Shown piece after piece: positions 26,101-38,291 of a stretch of 64,000 nt of DNA. This stretch comes from a virus. The notes beneath the pieces are model-generated. The model saw only the letters and a list, made by a program, of their open reading frames with translations. It searched no databases and was not told the DNA's origin. Where the stretch lies: positions 4,418 to 68,417 of the IMG/VR virus record IMGVR_UViG_3300042549_005369; one strand, written 5' to 3'. The stretch's first letter is position 1. Each line of letters starts with the position of its first letter. The position numbers and the translations under genes were made by a program.

Positions 26101-29100
26101 CTTCTTCGCCGCAGTCTGAGCGGAGGAGAGTTGCGTCTCTGGATCAACAGGAGCATACCCAAGGTCTTTGGCGAGGTCGTCACGCTTCTTGCGGAGTTCG
26201 CGTAATTTCACATCAGGATCGTCTTTCTTCGTTCCTGTGCGTTTCATCACTCCACGGGCTTCCAAGTCGTCGATCTGGCGTTGAACCAACTCCAAGGACT
26301 TGGCTGCGCGGAGAGCCTTGGCTTCCTCGCTCTTGTTCATCGCTCGGGTTTCCCCGTAGCGGGTGAATAGCTGTGCCACGTCTTCACGGGTGAGGCTAGG
26401 GTAGAACTCCAACAAATCCCTGTATACGCGGTCGAGGACTTCCGTGTCTCTGGCACCGTCATAAACGTGGGCTTTGGCGAGGTCGTAGACCATCTGGTTT
26501 GTGAGTTCCTCGGAGCCGTCAATGGACTCCATCACCATTTGAGGCGTAGGCATTTCCGTCCCAGAAACATCCTCCATCATTGGGCGGAGGTATTCGTCAA
26601 CGTCACTGCGCAGGCGATCCGCCACTGCGGCGTAGGCGGCACCGAACATCACGCGCACGCGGTCAGCGAATTGCGCTGTGCTCATGATGGGGTTAGCGAC
26701 AAGGACTTCAGCAAGCACAATCACACGGTCACGCCACGTTGGATCATTGGCAGAGTCCATCTGGTAACGAGTGTTATCCTCGATAGGCGGAAGACCCAAA
26801 CGCTCACGAGCTTCTTTGGCTGCTTTGCGAACTTTGTCCACGAGCACTCGGCGGGTGACTTCCTGCACTTTGGTGGAACCTTTGGCCTTGGCGGCGTCAC
26901 GCTCGGCGCGGAGTGCGTCGATCATGGCCTGTTGCTCGGCTGCGCGGTCAACACCAAGTTGCTGCGCTTCCTTCAATGCGTCAATTTCTTCCTGCATCTT
27001 GGCCATGCGCTCCGCGAACTGGGCAACTGCTTTGGCTTCGGCTTCGGGGAGTGCATCTACTGCGGCCTTGCCTTCGGCCACTCGCACGGAGTTGTAGTTC
27101 GTGAGAGCGCGGGAGTAGAGAGTGCCTTGGGAGAAGTCCTCTTTGAGTGCGTATTTCCAAGCGTTGAGTGCGCGACCTGCGGCAGTGCGGGATCGAGCAA
27201 TCTGGTTAAGCATGGTCTGGTAACGTGCGGATGCCGCATTGACGAGGTTCTGTTTTTCCTCGGCCATATTGCGGTTGCCCGAAGAGATTGCGGTTTGTAA
27301 TTCCCGCAATGTGCGGTCAAGAACCATCTTGCGCTTCAACCCCTCATGAGTGAATCGAGCTACTTCTAGGGCGGTAAGAGGGCGATCTGGATTCGCTGAC
27401 ATCATCAGTTTATTCAACTCGGCCTCACCAGTTCCCGCAGGCTCGTTTGTCACGCGATCCCACAAATCTCCAAACGTCTGCGCTGCCTGATTCCACGCAG
27501 CAGTGTCATACCCATAGAGGGCGGCTTCCATGTCTGCCCGTGCGCGTTGCACGGAATACGGGATAGGCTCATCCTCAGGAGTGTTGAACTCGCGTTGCGT
27601 GAGTGCGGGCGGCGGTGGGAGCGGGTTCTCTAGGTGGAAACGTGCCACACCTGCGAGATCGTCCATTGTCTCGATAGGGGTGTCGGATGCAGGGTCGATG
27701 GCAGGAGGTAAGGGGGAACCATCCTCGGTCGTCATCTGGGTTCCCGATGGGGTGACAATGGTCGATGGGGCAACCATGCGGGCGGCGATCTTGTCGAAGA
27801 TGGCGCGGACTTCGGAGGAAATTTCTACGTCAATCGGGCTACCCGTAATTGTCTTGTAGGTTTCCCGCATCCACTTCGCCATTTTATCGAAGATGGCTTG
27901 GAGTTCGGCAAATGGGGCTTTGCCATCCGCAAGATAGCGTTCCCAACCACGGGCGAATTTCTCGCTCGCTTTGCGTTCCATCATTTTGCGGTTGTTGGGG
28001 TTCGCGTCCCCTGCCCATGTTTTGACCGTGGCGACTTCCTCGTCGGTGAGGCCTGTGTAACCCGTCATTTCAAAGGCGTGCGCCATTTCATGCACGGCAG
28101 TAGTGAAGTCGGGATTCAGTAGTCCTTTAAGCAGGACTTTACCATCAGCAAGGAGCTTGGCGAAACCTTTGGCACCTTGGGGACGGCGTTGAAACCGAAG
28201 GTCGTCCCTACGCTCGTTGAACAAGGGAGTTTGACCCTCAGTAGGGCCGAACATGTCTGGGACAATAATGCCTGCGTCACCTGTAAGTCGTTGCGCTTGG
28301 CGTTCCGCGAGTTGGTCACGCTGTTTCTGTGCCGCTGCCTCTTCACCCAACTGGTCTTGGGTGACGGACTCTAGGGCGAAGTCCTCGGCCGCGCCGTAGA
28401 TAGCTTCATCTTCGATTCCCTCGTCGGGGGTGAATTCGTAGTTGTCAAAGTAATCATCGACGTAGATGAACTCAGCTTCGGCTTTGACCGTGGGACTCCC
28501 GAAGCGTTTACCGCCGTCGAAGTCGATGCGAATTAGCTGCCCATTTCGGTTACGAATGATCTTATCGACGATCACTTCTTCCCCGTCAATAAATAGAACA
28601 TCGCCCTCACTGAGTTTTTCCAGAATGATCTTGTATTCACCATCGCTTGTAGCACGAGCGAAGTCTTCGTCTTGGCTCAAGGATTCGGCTTCAGCTTTCT
28701 CTGTCGCTGCGGTTTTGCGGGCTGATGCAATCTCCGTTGCTATCGCGTTGAATAGGTCTTGTGGTTGGTCGCCTTTGATCGCGTTGGCTTTGTAGAGGTC
28801 GTCTGCAAGTTCTTCAGGGGTAGAGGCATTTGGGTTTTGAGTGTAAAACGAAGTGAACTGTGGGTTTTTTCGGAGGACGCCTGATCCATTCCACTGCGAT
28901 TTATTCGCTTTATACCACTTGGTGCCGTATATTCTTTTCGCAGCCGACATGCTCATAACCCCGCCACCATCTATGAGACTGATGAACAGTGGGGATTCCT
29001 CAAATAGCTGCACGGCTCGGCTCTTGGTGCGTGTCCTGAACTTTTGGATTTCCACGTCACCCTCAATACGCTCCCAGTTTTCACCTTTCAAATCTGAACG

Positions 29101-32100
29101 GTAGGTGGCACGCACCCCGTCCACTTCAATAACAGCAGTGTCGGATACATCATTGACTTCGATCACTTTACCAATTCTCGATGCCCCTCTGGTAAGCACG
29201 TCAGCCCTCGTTCTTCCTTGTGGAAGGCCTTCAGTGTCAGGTTTGGTAAACGAGAACGAGGCATCCCCATCTGACAGGGTAAATCGGGTTTCATCGACGC
29301 GAGTCAACGTCCACTCTTTACCCTTGGGGTCAACCAAAGTTTTGGGGTCTTTGGCAGTCCAGCCTTTAGGCAAGGACTTCTCATTCAGTGAGGCAATTTC
29401 TTCACCGCTAAACGTATCAATTTTCTGTTTGGTGGCAGGCTCGGGTGTGGGTGTCGAGGTAGGCTCGGGTGTGGGTGTCGAGGTAGGCTCGGGTGTGGGT
29501 GTCGGGGTAGGCTCGGGCGTAGGCGCAGGTTTGCGACGATCAATGATCGCCCATCCTCTAGCATACGGATCGCCTGTGACCTCAGCCCACTCTCTCACTT
29601 CTATATTCGGCCCACCGCGAGGAGACGGGAGGAATGGCTTGGCTTTTTCCCCCTCGGTGAGCAAAGACTTGCGACGTTCAAGGGTCATTACGCTCTCTGG
29701 GACATAGGTAATCCCGTTCGCCCGTAGCTCGGTTCCTTTGAGCTTGGAGATTGCCAGTGCGCGTTTTTCTATGGGGGTGAGTTTAACTTCTGGTGCGGTG
29801 GGTGCCTCAACTGGTGCGGGCGCGGGTGTGGGTGTAGACTCGGTCGTGGCTGCTGGGGCGGGGTCGGTTGGTCTGCGGAGCCACTCGACAGGAACTGCCA
29901 TTTGAGTCCTGCCAGTCCACACCATTGCTTTGTCGCCCTCATACCCACGGAAGGACACCTCGGCATCCTCGTTGGTAAACGTGGATCGCATGATGAGCTT
30001 GTCATCAACCGAGAACCTTACCGCTGGAGTATAGATCATTGTCTCACCATCAGCTTGTAGGGCAAATCCGTTTTTGGAATACCAGTCGATGAGTTGGGCT
30101 TTGTTCATCCCATCGGTGCCGAATGGTTCTGCAACGATTCTGATGGGGACTCCTGCATCATCAGCGAGGGAAACAATTTCCTTCAGAGCTTGCGTTGCCC
30201 GTCCTTTGCCTCTGGATTCTTTCGGGGTTTTGAGTCCTGTCAGTGTGACGAAATCACCGAAAGAATCAATTTCCACGGTAACACCGTTGTCGAGTTCAAT
30301 CTCTTTCTCGAAGTCTGGGTCAAGGGGCACTCCCAATGTCTCGCGGATGTCTTCCGCAGCACGTCTAGCTTTAGAGCTTGTGCCTTTGAGTTTGATGGGT
30401 GCGGGCGTAGGCGCGGGCGTAAGCTCAGCATCCGTTTTAGGCAGTCCGAGTTCTTCGGCTTGCTTGACAAGTTTTATCAGAGCAGGTTCTGTCTCAACCG
30501 CGATTGCGTCAACAAGACGTTGATCTGCACCGCGCTGATCTTTGGGGTATTCCTTCTCAAGTTTTGATTTTTCCGCCTTTGTTTTGGCCTTTGAATTGCG
30601 GTAATTCCAAATTCCAAGTTTCTGCACCAAGTCGCCTTTGAGTTTTTGAATTTGAAATAATTTTCTTTCGGCGGTTTCCAGTGAACGAACTTTGATTGGA
30701 ACTGCTCCAGTTAGACGTGCGTCAAACACCTCTGCTTGTGGGTGTCCTGCAACGATGTCAGAGAATATCTCTCCAGCGTTTACTTGCTCCCCGCGCTGCT
30801 TGGCTTCGTAAGCTGCGATTTGCGCTTCTAGTTTGAGGTTTGGTTTCCCTTGCTCACGGCGCAGCGACGCAACGTCTTTTGCTATTTCATACCCTTCTTC
30901 CGTCATTCCCCCATCTGGAGAGCCCACGGGTTGTCCCGTAACCAATTCTCCAACCCCACTACCGTCCGCAGCACTCTGCGGCTGATACACATACAGCCCG
31001 TTCTGCTTGACGTATCCCTCTGGCAGTGTGATGCCGTAGGTGTCCACGGCTTCGGCGGAGACGGGAAGGCTCGACTTTACGCCGAACGCTACTTCTTGAG
31101 CGTGATCGTCTCGATTTACTTTAAGCATTCCGGGGCTACCTGCTTGCGGATTCCCCGCGTCGCGGATTTGATCTATTTCTAGTTGCTCCTGTGGGGTTCG
31201 GAGTCTCTTAGGTTTGTTCTGTGGGAGGGCGGGAAGTCCTGCCTCCGCCGCAGCGATGCTCAAATCCTCATGCTCTGAAATGGCATTGTCCCACGCAGTA
31301 TCAGTTTGCGTGTAGTTGTTTATTCTCCGATCTGGGTTGCGCTCCGCTCTGCCTGTTTTCATGGCAGCGTATTCCTCGGGGGTCATCTGCTCGGGTGTGG
31401 GCGTAGGTGTCGGAGTCTCCACAGCGGGAGTCACCGCACGCGCACGTAGCCTATCACCTACTGGCGTAGTTCCCACACGACCCTGCGTGAGTGCGCCACC
31501 GACGCGACGACGTGGTGCGGGGGCGGGGGCAGGCTCGGGCGCGGGCGTAGGCGCGGGCTCAGGTGTTGGGGGTAGTTCTGCCTCCTGTTCTCCCTCAAAC
31601 TGCGTCAGGAAATCTGGGTAGGCATCGGCGAGTTTCGCCATTTCTTCCAAGTAAACTCCGCTGCCAGCTTCGTCGAGGGTGTAGCGGTTCATGTTATTGA
31701 ACGCTTTCTCATACTGCGTTTTGAACTCGTCGTAGGTGAGGCGTGCAGGCTCGGGCGTAGGCTCGGGCGTTACCGTCCCTGTTCCAGCGGGCGGCGTTTC
31801 TGCTTGCGGGACTCCCGTGGGCGTGCTTTCGACAGGGCGATTGCCACTGCCTGCTTCTGCGGTCTGCCCTCCTTGACCAGTTGGCTGATATTGCGGCTGA
31901 TTGTTTGGTTGGACGTTCCCTGTTGTAGTGGCATCGGTAGTAGGTGTTGGTTGTTGAGTAGGCGCGGCTTTTTCCCGTGCAAGCAATACTTGCTCAGCGG
32001 TCAGCCCCATTGCGCGTGCAATGCTTTCCGCAACCTCAGCTTGTTCGTCCGAGAGGTCGAACGTAGCTTTGAGTTCTTCGCGGGAAAGGGTGGGGGCTTG

Positions 32101-35100
32101 AGCAGGTGCGGGTGTGGCTTGAGCAGGTGCGGGTGTGGCTTGAGCAGGTGCGGGTGCAGCAGGCGCAGCGGGTGTGGCTTGAGCAGGTGCGGGTGCAGCA
32201 GGCGCAGCGGGTGTGGCTTGAGCAGGTGCGGGTGTGGCTTGAGCAGCGGGCGTAGGCGTTACCGCAGGGTTAAACTGCCCTTTAAGTATCTGATCCTGCA
32301 CATCTTTTGAAAACTCACTGAGCGGAACTCCCGCCATCTCTGGTGTGGTTTTAAGCACGTCGATGGCTTGTGCTATATCCGATTCCGTTACCCCAGAAAT
32401 ACCATCAAAGTCAAAAGCAAAAGCTCTTACGTTGCCGTCGGCTCCCACAACAAGCCCTAAGTTCTTCAGCGATTGGTCGGTCTCAACTCGAAGTGCTTTC
32501 TCGTCCCCCGCTAATGGGTTTTGACTTTTGAGTTTTTCAAAAAGTAGATTGTCGTTTTTGGTTCTATTTTCGATGTTAGCACCTTCAATGCCAACAGGTT
32601 TTTGTTTTATGAGAACTACATTACCACCGTCTGGGTCTTGAATAATAACTTCGTATTCGGGGAGGGTTGCAAATTTTTGTCCCCCGTTTTGTAGGACTTC
32701 CATTTGCTTTTTAACGTCGTTAAAATACTCATCAGTCGGGTTAAACGTAATTTTGATAAACTCACCTGTTGATTTGCTGCGGAAAACATCAGACACGTTC
32801 GCCCTCACAAATTCCAAATCAGTATATCCCGAAAGTTTTTGGGCAACATCAACAGCCTTTTGGACGTCTTTCGGGTCTGGGTTTTTTACCCCTATTTCTA
32901 TTTTTGGTTTAATAGCCAAAAGTTCTCCAATGAGTGACATCCGCTCTTCTTGGCTTACTGCGGAAAGACCAGTTGGCTGATATTGCGGCTGATTGTCTGG
33001 TTGCTGCGATTTTTTAAGGTAGTCGGTTCTCCATGCGGTGAAAGCTAAATCTTCTACCGCTGCTCCACCCTTAGTGGTAGCGGTAGTCCAACTTGGAATG
33101 CCTAACCCAATTTTTAAGAGGCCAATGATAGCTGGATCAACATTCAGCTCTTGGGCAATTTGTGCCGTGGTTTTTCGTTCGGCTGCTAACGCTTCCACCT
33201 GTGACTTAGTTGCGTCGGGGACGCTTTGCATTACGCTCTCAACATCCGCCTGCATCCAAGCTGGTGCAGCGGGTGCGGGTGCAGCGGGTGCGGTTTCAGC
33301 AGGTGCTTGTGCCAACGTGCGGTTCACCCGCAGACGCTCTTGGCGAGTCTGTTCGTTGAGCTCTGCGGCGTAAGCTGCCTGTTCTTCTGGCGTCCTGCCA
33401 TACTGGTCAGTTCCCGCATAGCTTTCGGGAATTTCGGAGAAAATCTGGACGTCGGCTTCGCTGCTTCCACCTTGTGCGGAAAACTCGGCAAGGACGCCTT
33501 GGCGGAACGCCTCGGTTTCCATTGACCCATCAGGGTCAACCGATTGGGCAAGGCGTTGTCCAAGGACACTCGCAGACTCTGGATCAACCCCCGCAGATGC
33601 TAAAATCCGCTCTGCCATTTTTGCCCGACCCTTGTTCTCAACTTTTTGAATTTCAGGGATTGCAGCTTCGACAGGTGCGGGTGCGGCTTGTGCGGGTGTG
33701 GCTTGTGCGGGTGTGGCTTGTGCGGGTGTGGCTTGTGCGGCTTGTGCTGCCTGTGGGGCAGTTCCCCCCATGGGAATTGGTTTGCCGTCAAGTCCAATGA
33801 CGCCAGCTTGACCTTGCAATGGCTCAAAGCCAGTTATGGGAGTGTTCATTGCTGCCTGTGCTGCCTGTGGGGCAGTTTGCTGCACCGCAGGGGTGAGCAG
33901 TGGGGCACTTTTTTCTATGCCCCTAGAAGCAACTCCTACCCCGCCACCGAGTGCGCCTCCTACTTTTGCGACCTCCCACGTATCGCTCCATAAGGTGCCG
34001 AGGTCGGTGTCGGGGTTAGCAAGGAGGAACGAACTAGTGAACGCGTCGATAGCTTCCTCGGAAGCCTCACCAAGAGTGTCAAACATCACTTGCTTGACGA
34101 ATTTGCGTGTCGCCGTCCATACTTCTTGGCGAGTCCCTGCCGACATGACATCGCGCAGGGTGATGGATGCTGCGGGTTTTGCCACAGACGCAACACGTTC
34201 TACGCCTCCAGCACCGAGACCTTGGAAGATTCCTGTTATTACTGCGGTATTGAGTCCAGCTTTTACTGCTTTGGATCGGGCTTCGTCGTCGGTAGCCCCC
34301 CGCGCTCTCTGGTCGGCGTAAGTCATGCCTGCGCTCTGCGCACCTGCGGTAGCTAGCGTTGTCGTAAGCCCAATGGCTCCTGCGGCACGACCGCCTGTTG
34401 CAACTAAGGACAAACCTCCTGTAAGCTGTGAAGCAACGATTTGTGCAGCCACGGATGGCAATTCTTGGACTATTGCCCCAGCGATGCCTGTGTCCGTTTT
34501 GCCCTGCGATACTATGCCACCAGCTTCAGAACCTGCGGCAGCAGCTTGTGCCATGCTCTCGCTGCCAGCAAGCCCGCCAATACCAAGTCCTGTTGTGGCG
34601 ATTTTGTTGAAGCTAAGAACGGCATCGGTTGCCAAGCCTCTTGCCCACTTGCCAGCGGCACCTTGTTTGTCGATCACTTGCGTTTCGTATTCGCGCAAAA
34701 ACTCAGGGGTGTTGAGCACCGCAGCGGAATAACCTTTTTGCTCGGCGTATTTGGAAGGTGTTGGGATTTCTCCCATTGTGAGGAAAGCACCTACTGCTGT
34801 TGAATCATCAATGCCCCATGACGATTGTTTACGGGTTGGGGAACTCAATACGCCCATTGCGGTTTCATACGCGAAAATCTTTTCTGCTGCGGTTTGATAG
34901 CGGTTCTCGCGAAGTCCTGCCTTGAACTCTTGCTTTGCGGCTTCTGACACCCCAGATTTGTCCAGCGTTTCCTGAACCTTTTGGTCATCGAAATAGTCGG
35001 TGGACATTGGGTTGAGGCGAATCCTACCATCGGAGAACAGGCGAACTTTTTCGTCCTTGTCCCATGCTTTTGTCATGCGCCAAAAGTCGTTCCATGCCCC

Positions 35101-35631
35101 GTTCATTTCCTCATCGGAAAGATTGTTGGCCTGTTGGAAGTCGTGGAAAACTTTCTGGACGGGTTGCGAGTCCGTCATCCATGTGTCTCGCAGCTTGCCG
35201 CCAAAGGTTTGTTCTAACGCGGCTCCTACCGTCACAAACTGCTCTTTGACTCCACCTTCCTTAGTGGTTGCCGCCATGAACGGCAACTCCCAATCACCCG
35301 ATTCTTTGCGTCGGATGTCGTTGTATTTGCCAGTTGCAATGGCGGATGTGGCCAATGGATAAAGACCAGTTTGTTTGAGCGTTTCCGCAAGTTGTGGCCC
35401 TAGCGAGCGTTTAGGTGCCGTCGTAGGTTGAGCCACGGCGGCGGGTGCTGCCACAGGTCGAACCAGAGAAGAAACGGCTTTCAATACCTCTGGATTGGTT
35501 TCTTCCTCAAAAAGAACTTCAGAGGGTTGAGCCACGGGGGCTGGTGCTGGTGCCGCCGTAGGTTGAACCTGTAAAGAAACGGCTTTCAACACTTCTGGAT
35601 CGGTTTCTTCTTCTAGGGTAAATTCTTGCAT
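23107..35631 (-). CDS. giant (4174 aa) polyvalent, probably internal virion/ejected protein
   Basis: single ORF; Gly/Ala hydrophobic N-region; kinase-like segment (~32390-32830); GNAT RGKG (~30030-30310); HEMAH zincin (~27770-28190); long coiled coils; Pro/Ala/Thr linkers. Confidence 0.85.
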   Translation of the reverse strand: MQEFTLEEETDPEVLKAVSLQVQPTAAPAPAPVAQPSEVLFEEETNPEVLKAVSSLVRPVAAPAAVAQPTTAPKRSLGPQLAETLKQTGLYPLATSAIATGKYNDIRRKESGDWELPFMAATTKEGGVKEQFVTVGAALEQTFGGKLRDTWMTDSQPVQKVFHDFQQANNLSDEEMNGAWNDFWRMTKAWDKDEKVRLFSDGRIRLNPMSTDYFDDQKVQETLDKSGVSEAAKQEFKAGLRENRYQTAAEKIFAYETAMGVLSSPTRKQSSWGIDDSTAVGAFLTMGEIPTPSKYAEQKGYSAAVLNTPEFLREYETQVIDKQGAAGKWARGLATDAVLSFNKIATTGLGIGGLAGSESMAQAAAAGSEAGGIVSQGKTDTGIAGAIVQELPSVAAQIVASQLTGGLSLVATGGRAAGAIGLTTTLATAGAQSAGMTYADQRARGATDDEARSKAVKAGLNTAVITGIFQGLGAGGVERVASVAKPAASITLRDVMSAGTRQEVWTATRKFVKQVMFDTLGEASEEAIDAFTSSFLLANPDTDLGTLWSDTWEVAKVGGALGGGVGVASRGIEKSAPLLTPAVQQTAPQAAQAAMNTPITGFEPLQGQAGVIGLDGKPIPMGGTAPQAAQAAQATPAQATPAQATPAQAAPAPVEAAIPEIQKVENKGRAKMAERILASAGVDPESASVLGQRLAQSVDPDGSMETEAFRQGVLAEFSAQGGSSEADVQIFSEIPESYAGTDQYGRTPEEQAAYAAELNEQTRQERLRVNRTLAQAPAETAPAAPAPAAPAWMQADVESVMQSVPDATKSQVEALAAERKTTAQIAQELNVDPAIIGLLKIGLGIPSWTTATTKGGAAVEDLAFTAWRTDYLKKSQQPDNQPQYQPTGLSAVSQEERMSLIGELLAIKPKIEIGVKNPDPKDVQKAVDVAQKLSGYTDLEFVRANVSDVFRSKSTGEFIKITFNPTDEYFNDVKKQMEVLQNGGQKFATLPEYEVIIQDPDGGNVVLIKQKPVGIEGANIENRTKNDNLLFEKLKSQNPLAGDEKALRVETDQSLKNLGLVVGADGNVRAFAFDFDGISGVTESDIAQAIDVLKTTPEMAGVPLSEFSKDVQDQILKGQFNPAVTPTPAAQATPAPAQATPAAPAAPAPAQATPAAPAAPAPAQATPAPAQATPAPAQAPTLSREELKATFDLSDEQAEVAESIARAMGLTAEQVLLAREKAAPTQQPTPTTDATTTGNVQPNNQPQYQPTGQGGQTAEAGSGNRPVESTPTGVPQAETPPAGTGTVTPEPTPEPARLTYDEFKTQYEKAFNNMNRYTLDEAGSGVYLEEMAKLADAYPDFLTQFEGEQEAELPPTPEPAPTPAPEPAPAPAPRRRVGGALTQGRVGTTPVGDRLRARAVTPAVETPTPTPTPEQMTPEEYAAMKTGRAERNPDRRINNYTQTDTAWDNAISEHEDLSIAAAEAGLPALPQNKPKRLRTPQEQLEIDQIRDAGNPQAGSPGMLKVNRDDHAQEVAFGVKSSLPVSAEAVDTYGITLPEGYVKQNGLYVYQPQSAADGSGVGELVTGQPVGSPDGGMTEEGYEIAKDVASLRREQGKPNLKLEAQIAAYEAKQRGEQVNAGEIFSDIVAGHPQAEVFDARLTGAVPIKVRSLETAERKLFQIQKLKGDLVQKLGIWNYRNSKAKTKAEKSKLEKEYPKDQRGADQRLVDAIAVETEPALIKLVKQAEELGLPKTDAELTPAPTPAPIKLKGTSSKARRAAEDIRETLGVPLDPDFEKEIELDNGVTVEIDSFGDFVTLTGLKTPKESRGKGRATQALKEIVSLADDAGVPIRIVAEPFGTDGMNKAQLIDWYSKNGFALQADGETMIYTPAVRFSVDDKLIMRSTFTNEDAEVSFRGYEGDKAMVWTGRTQMAVPVEWLRRPTDPAPAATTESTPTPAPAPVEAPTAPEVKLTPIEKRALAISKLKGTELRANGITYVPESVMTLERRKSLLTEGEKAKPFLPSPRGGPNIEVREWAEVTGDPYARGWAIIDRRKPAPTPEPTPTPTPEPTSTPTPEPTSTPTPEPATKQKIDTFSGEEIASLNEKSLPKGWTAKDPKTLVDPKGKEWTLTRVDETRFTLSDGDASFSFTKPDTEGLPQGRTRADVLTRGASRIGKVIEVNDVSDTAVIEVDGVRATYRSDLKGENWERIEGDVEIQKFRTRTKSRAVQLFEESPLFISLIDGGGVMSMSAAKRIYGTKWYKANKSQWNGSGVLRKNPQFTSFYTQNPNASTPEELADDLYKANAIKGDQPQDLFNAIATEIASARKTAATEKAEAESLSQDEDFARATSDGEYKIILEKLSEGDVLFIDGEEVIVDKIIRNRNGQLIRIDFDGGKRFGSPTVKAEAEFIYVDDYFDNYEFTPDEGIEDEAIYGAAEDFALESVTQDQLGEEAAAQKQRDQLAERQAQRLTGDAGIIVPDMFGPTEGQTPLFNERRDDLRFQRRPQGAKGFAKLLADGKVLLKGLLNPDFTTAVHEMAHAFEMTGYTGLTDEEVATVKTWAGDANPNNRKMMERKASEKFARGWERYLADGKAPFAELQAIFDKMAKWMRETYKTITGSPIDVEISSEVRAIFDKIAARMVAPSTIVTPSGTQMTTEDGSPLPPAIDPASDTPIETMDDLAGVARFHLENPLPPPPALTQREFNTPEDEPIPYSVQRARADMEAALYGYDTAAWNQAAQTFGDLWDRVTNEPAGTGEAELNKLMMSANPDRPLTALEVARFTHEGLKRKMVLDRTLRELQTAISSGNRNMAEEKQNLVNAASARYQTMLNQIARSRTAAGRALNAWKYALKEDFSQGTLYSRALTNYNSVRVAEGKAAVDALPEAEAKAVAQFAERMAKMQEEIDALKEAQQLGVDRAAEQQAMIDALRAERDAAKAKGSTKVQEVTRRVLVDKVRKAAKEARERLGLPPIEDNTRYQMDSANDPTWRDRVIVLAEVLVANPIMSTAQFADRVRVMFGAAYAAVADRLRSDVDEYLRPMMEDVSGTEMPTPQMVMESIDGSEELTNQMVYDLAKAHVYDGARDTEVLDRVYRDLLEFYPSLTREDVAQLFTRYGETRAMNKSEEAKALRAAKSLELVQRQIDDLEARGVMKRTGTKKDDPDVKLRELRKKRDDLAKDLGYAPVDPETQLSSAQTAAKKRMKNEMEELDRAIKSNTPIVRVKRGVRYTEDMEQMRSDLEELRKAYADIFGQQRTPAERMNAVIKDLDRRIAKERELINKGILKEDEMAKPAAVDSPEISARRDLLKDLKRQKEEAYDLANPGKRAAEVAQKEAQRITNSWINKLAASQSDTPTWKSSSKPSAVEELIKSHMESPQPDFAQRLISLGATAEQARILDSEILSEVERRRIVADARNSPAEREARILRDLDRRIGAEMKLIDQGLIKPEKSVAYVIDSPDISARRERLKELKRQKYEAYDALNPNERALNQAMKAAQKALEARQKIINEGLPAAKDKAARDANVVPTAELQALWEAADDMDVLIREMRKNRPLTPAQQLRQLDDAYNTAVRTREVLRKRIADGDLVPASGVKPTVENRTRLVREENAELRKQITQMQRDAGVGVFAYDVREAKKVAALEKSIDELRRKRAVKDFSKRKTTEPVTSERIRTLELIKDNERREYEQERAMAVFKTLGLSSKALEYAMASWHARQLFNLAGDFGVFNRQLGKMQLFALWQDVKAIFRRGRGVKLADDTIIGKTLAKGFEAFMDERVEDRIYAEMATDPSYALKKANGFDLVSPHESSHEISADGRVRVNPMFLFNDRVIASLAIIKGIVKTSAAVALLPTTGGATWKTILKGAGETVVSTALAVGGARFAKRVERANRVIINVARWGLVDAAMKIAGNVDPSVNPDYSRIVTEAMMTYTGKVAGQSGFSKGMKNNSYWLGIIFSFPQYVVTNMQSVVGIPLWSALYQTTLKRPEGQSFRPQAIAAVAALQAQYYLGTSAKILFWAMLLGVWDEEDSETEFGVVLNPKHPYFGCLKLGKTFIDLNPRANKWISDLSRMFGTTKLNERALKDGYLVPDEASSYDKTEMLQKFAYGQINMNWKTLADLSIKGELYQGGELGRMGGLQRTDVILTEIAANLTARDIWKMYKIHGPATGLALSGMIMGGANVSVRETKDEREKRKAEERRRYKPEYQ
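29438..29530 (-). repeat. 24-bp tandem repeat (PEPT[S/P]TPT)
   Basis: AGGCTCGGGTGTGGGTGTCG.GGT units. Confidence 0.85.
31875..32996. repeat. 30-bp exact direct repeat (31875-31904 and 32967-32996), encodes NQPQYQPTG
   Basis: GACCAGTTGGCTGATATTGCGGCTGATTGT twice. Confidence 0.9.
32090..32250 (-). repeat. PAQAT/PAPA tandem repeats (also ~33670-33750)
   Basis: GCGGGTGTGGCTTG units. Confidence 0.9.
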
Positions 35632-35640
35632 GGCGGAGAA

Positions 35641-35669
35641 AATATGAGGTAAAACGGGTTTGCATTCAA
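35641..35669 (-). promoter_or_regulatory. sigma70-like promoter for the giant gene
   Basis: TTGAAT-17 nt-CATATT, 9 nt before ATG. Confidence 0.45.
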
Positions 35670-35682
35670 TTACAAACCAAAA

Positions 35683-37539
35683 TTATTTCGGACGAAGTAT
35701 TTTGCCTTCGGAAGTTACGATGCGAAGCGTACCCTCGGGTAACGTAACAATCTTACTTCCCGCAGGAGCCGCTTTGAGAAGTTGCTCTGCCGTGTATTTG
35801 GGCGCGGTAGGTGTAGCAGCAGGTGCGGGCGCGGCAGGCGCAGGTGCGGCGGTGCCCTTGGTTTTGGCATACTCGATGACGCGGGGGTCTTTCCAGTAGT
35901 CTTCTTCGGAAAGCCTTTTGTCGTCGATGAAATACATTCGGGTTACTTTGCCTAAGTTGTCATCAACCGCTGCTGGGCCATCCAATCGGCCTAAACCGTT
36001 AGCGGTGCGGTATGTAACTCTTTTGAAGTCGCCGGATGGTGATCTCACTATATTGATCTGGTTGTCGTTGCCTAAATCGTGGCTGGTTACGGTACTGTAT
36101 ACGCCCCCAAGTGCATCAAGAGTGTCGGACGTTTCTACGTTTTTAACTTGCTGTCCCAACAATGGGTCAGACAATGTTGCTTTTACAATGGCGTCCACAT
36201 CGGGAATTTGCCCCGCCACCACAGGCGTGGGTGCAGGCGCAGGTGCACCGCCTAGAGGAATGGCCTTGCTGCCTGCTGGTGCGGATTTGCCATCGGCTGT
36301 GCGGATGTCTTCAACGTCAGCGTCCCCCAGCGGGATGGCCTTGCTACCTGCTGGTGAGGCAGCCCCATCAGACGTGCGGATGTCTTCAACGGCAGCGTTC
36401 CCCAGCGGGATGGCATTGCTACCTGCTGGTGCGGATTTGCCATCGGCTGTGCGAATGTCCTCGACGTTGACATTGCTGCCTGCTGGCGCAGCCCCCTCTG
36501 AAACTCTAGGTGGAACCTTACCACCGTAGGTATTGGCGTGCTGCCACAAACTGTATCGACTCTGCCTCTGATCTACGCTCAGATTCGGGATTAGGTCTAC
36601 GTAGTCTTCTGGACTATCATAGCCGCGAGCCGCGATGATCTCGTTATCGAACTTGTTCTTGTCCCACGCTTCTGCTTCTTCCAGCGTAGCCTTGCCTGTT
36701 GAGTAATCCAACTGACCAAGTTTGTCTTTATACTGTTGCCGCACCATGGCAGCACGATCTGGGAACGCAGTCTTATCATTGATGAGAACATCCTCAACCT
36801 GTTTTGCTTCTGCTTTGAGTTGCGCGTTGGCATTCCTTGCCTCCATCAACTCTTTTCGACCCATGGTTTTGATCTTTTCCTTCTCTCGCAGGAGGTTAAT
36901 TTCGTTCTCGATCTTGCGCTCTGCGGCTTTGCTGTAAAGGTATTCTAGTGACGGGTTGCCATTTTCGTCTCTAGGTGCGGCGGCGTAATCCTCGGGTTTA
37001 AGGTTCGCCAAGAAAGTATTGGTTTGGGCTCGCGCTTGAATGGCCTCCAAGGTATTCTTCTGGCGGGTTTCCATCTCGCGATCCTGACGACGTTGCTCTT
37101 CTGCCTTGTCCGCCATACGATTATAGCCCGTGAGGACTTCACGGAATACAGGGTCATTCTGAATAGATGGTGGGGCATTGCCCAAGAAGTCCACCATGCG
37201 TTTATCGTAGCCTTCCTCCTGCGGGCGCAGGGACTCATACATGTCAGCGATCAGATCGCCACGCATAGCCTCTGCCTCTTTGCGTTGGGCGTATTCCGCG
37301 TCCTCCCGCGTTGCGAGGAGGGCGTCACGCTCGGTGCGAATGCGATCCTGCTCAATGCGATACTTATCTTGTTCGGCTTGCTGGACTGCACGGTTAGCGT
37401 CAAACGCAGTGGCAGCATCCTCCAACTCACGACGGGCTCCTGAGTATTTGGAAATGATCGTCTCAGCCTGATTTTGGTCAAAGATATTCAGTGGTGCTGG
37501 GGCGAACTGTTCGACAGTCTGTGTGAGAGGATCGGCCAT
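35683..37539 (-). CDS. putative internal virion protein
   Basis: 618 aa, helical N-half, 3x EDIRT.DG.S.PAGS.AIPLG repeat, position before the giant gene. Confidence 0.65.
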   Translation of the reverse strand: MADPLTQTVEQFAPAPLNIFDQNQAETIISKYSGARRELEDAATAFDANRAVQQAEQDKYRIEQDRIRTERDALLATREDAEYAQRKEAEAMRGDLIADMYESLRPQEEGYDKRMVDFLGNAPPSIQNDPVFREVLTGYNRMADKAEEQRRQDREMETRQKNTLEAIQARAQTNTFLANLKPEDYAAAPRDENGNPSLEYLYSKAAERKIENEINLLREKEKIKTMGRKELMEARNANAQLKAEAKQVEDVLINDKTAFPDRAAMVRQQYKDKLGQLDYSTGKATLEEAEAWDKNKFDNEIIAARGYDSPEDYVDLIPNLSVDQRQSRYSLWQHANTYGGKVPPRVSEGAAPAGSNVNVEDIRTADGKSAPAGSNAIPLGNAAVEDIRTSDGAASPAGSKAIPLGDADVEDIRTADGKSAPAGSKAIPLGGAPAPAPTPVVAGQIPDVDAIVKATLSDPLLGQQVKNVETSDTLDALGGVYSTVTSHDLGNDNQINIVRSPSGDFKRVTYRTANGLGRLDGPAAVDDNLGKVTRMYFIDDKRLSEEDYWKDPRVIEYAKTKGTAAPAPAAPAPAATPTAPKYTAEQLLKAAPAGSKIVTLPEGTLRIVTSEGKILRPK

Positions 37540-37544
37540 GATGT

Positions 37545-38273
37545 TTATTTTCTAGTGCTACCTGTTCGGATCAACCGTTGTAGGGCGGTTGAATTATCTG
37601 ACTTGGATTTTACCCGGTCGAACTGTTGTTGCGAAATTCCCGATTGCAGGCCGACGCGACGTAAATCGTTCGTTTCCTCGGGAGTTTTTGCCATCCAGAT
37701 TGCACGGGCAAGTCCTTGGCGGAAGCCTGCGTCGTCCCCGCCGTCTTTACGCATCGCGTTGTCTGCTTGTTGGCCTAGTGTCGTATTTGGGCGCATTTGG
37801 GTTGCTGCATACGTTGGTGGCCCTGCCATTTCTACTGGAGCACCGCCCGTAGGAGCACCGCCCGTAGGAGCACCGCCCGTAGGAGCACCGCCCGTAGGAG
37901 CACCGCCCGTAGGAGCAGTGGCTTCACGCAGTCTTCCTGCGGCTAGTCCCATTCCAGTAGCACCTTTCTCCATGGTGGATCGTTGGCGAGCTACGGCAGC
38001 ACCCATTTGGTCACGTCCTTCCATGCCAAACTGAACTCCTTCTTTGGCTGCTTCTTTGCCAAGGGCAATCAGTCTCATCGCGGAGTCAGCATTGCCACGG
38101 CGAGCTTCGCGGCGCAGCAATCGACGAGCCATTCCGTAGTCGGACTTCTGCTGTCGATACTGGCGGGTAAGTGCCTCGGTGGTTGGATCACGATACAACG
38201 CCGTATTCGTCCCCAAGGGGCGAGATTGCATCGCTGCGAGGTTGTCAAGTCGTGGAGTTGTTGGGTATGCCAT
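37545..38273 (-). CDS. putative internal virion protein
   Basis: 242 aa, GGAPT 15-bp tandem repeat (~37836-37917). Confidence 0.6.
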   Translation of the reverse strand: MAYPTTPRLDNLAAMQSRPLGTNTALYRDPTTEALTRQYRQQKSDYGMARRLLRREARRGNADSAMRLIALGKEAAKEGVQFGMEGRDQMGAAVARQRSTMEKGATGMGLAAGRLREATAPTGGAPTGGAPTGGAPTGGAPTGGAPVEMAGPPTYAATQMRPNTTLGQQADNAMRKDGGDDAGFRQGLARAIWMAKTPEETNDLRRVGLQSGISQQQFDRVKSKSDNSTALQRLIRTGSTRK

Positions 38274-38291
38274 AGTATTGAGGAGGTGAGG

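Noticed and set aside
23107-35631. Tape measure protein or virion RNA polymerase
   Set aside because: No tail tube or chaperone genes nearby, and no single-subunit RNAP or DFDGD/DxDxD two-barrel context; AFDFDGI lacks the third Asp and sits in a kinase-like segment
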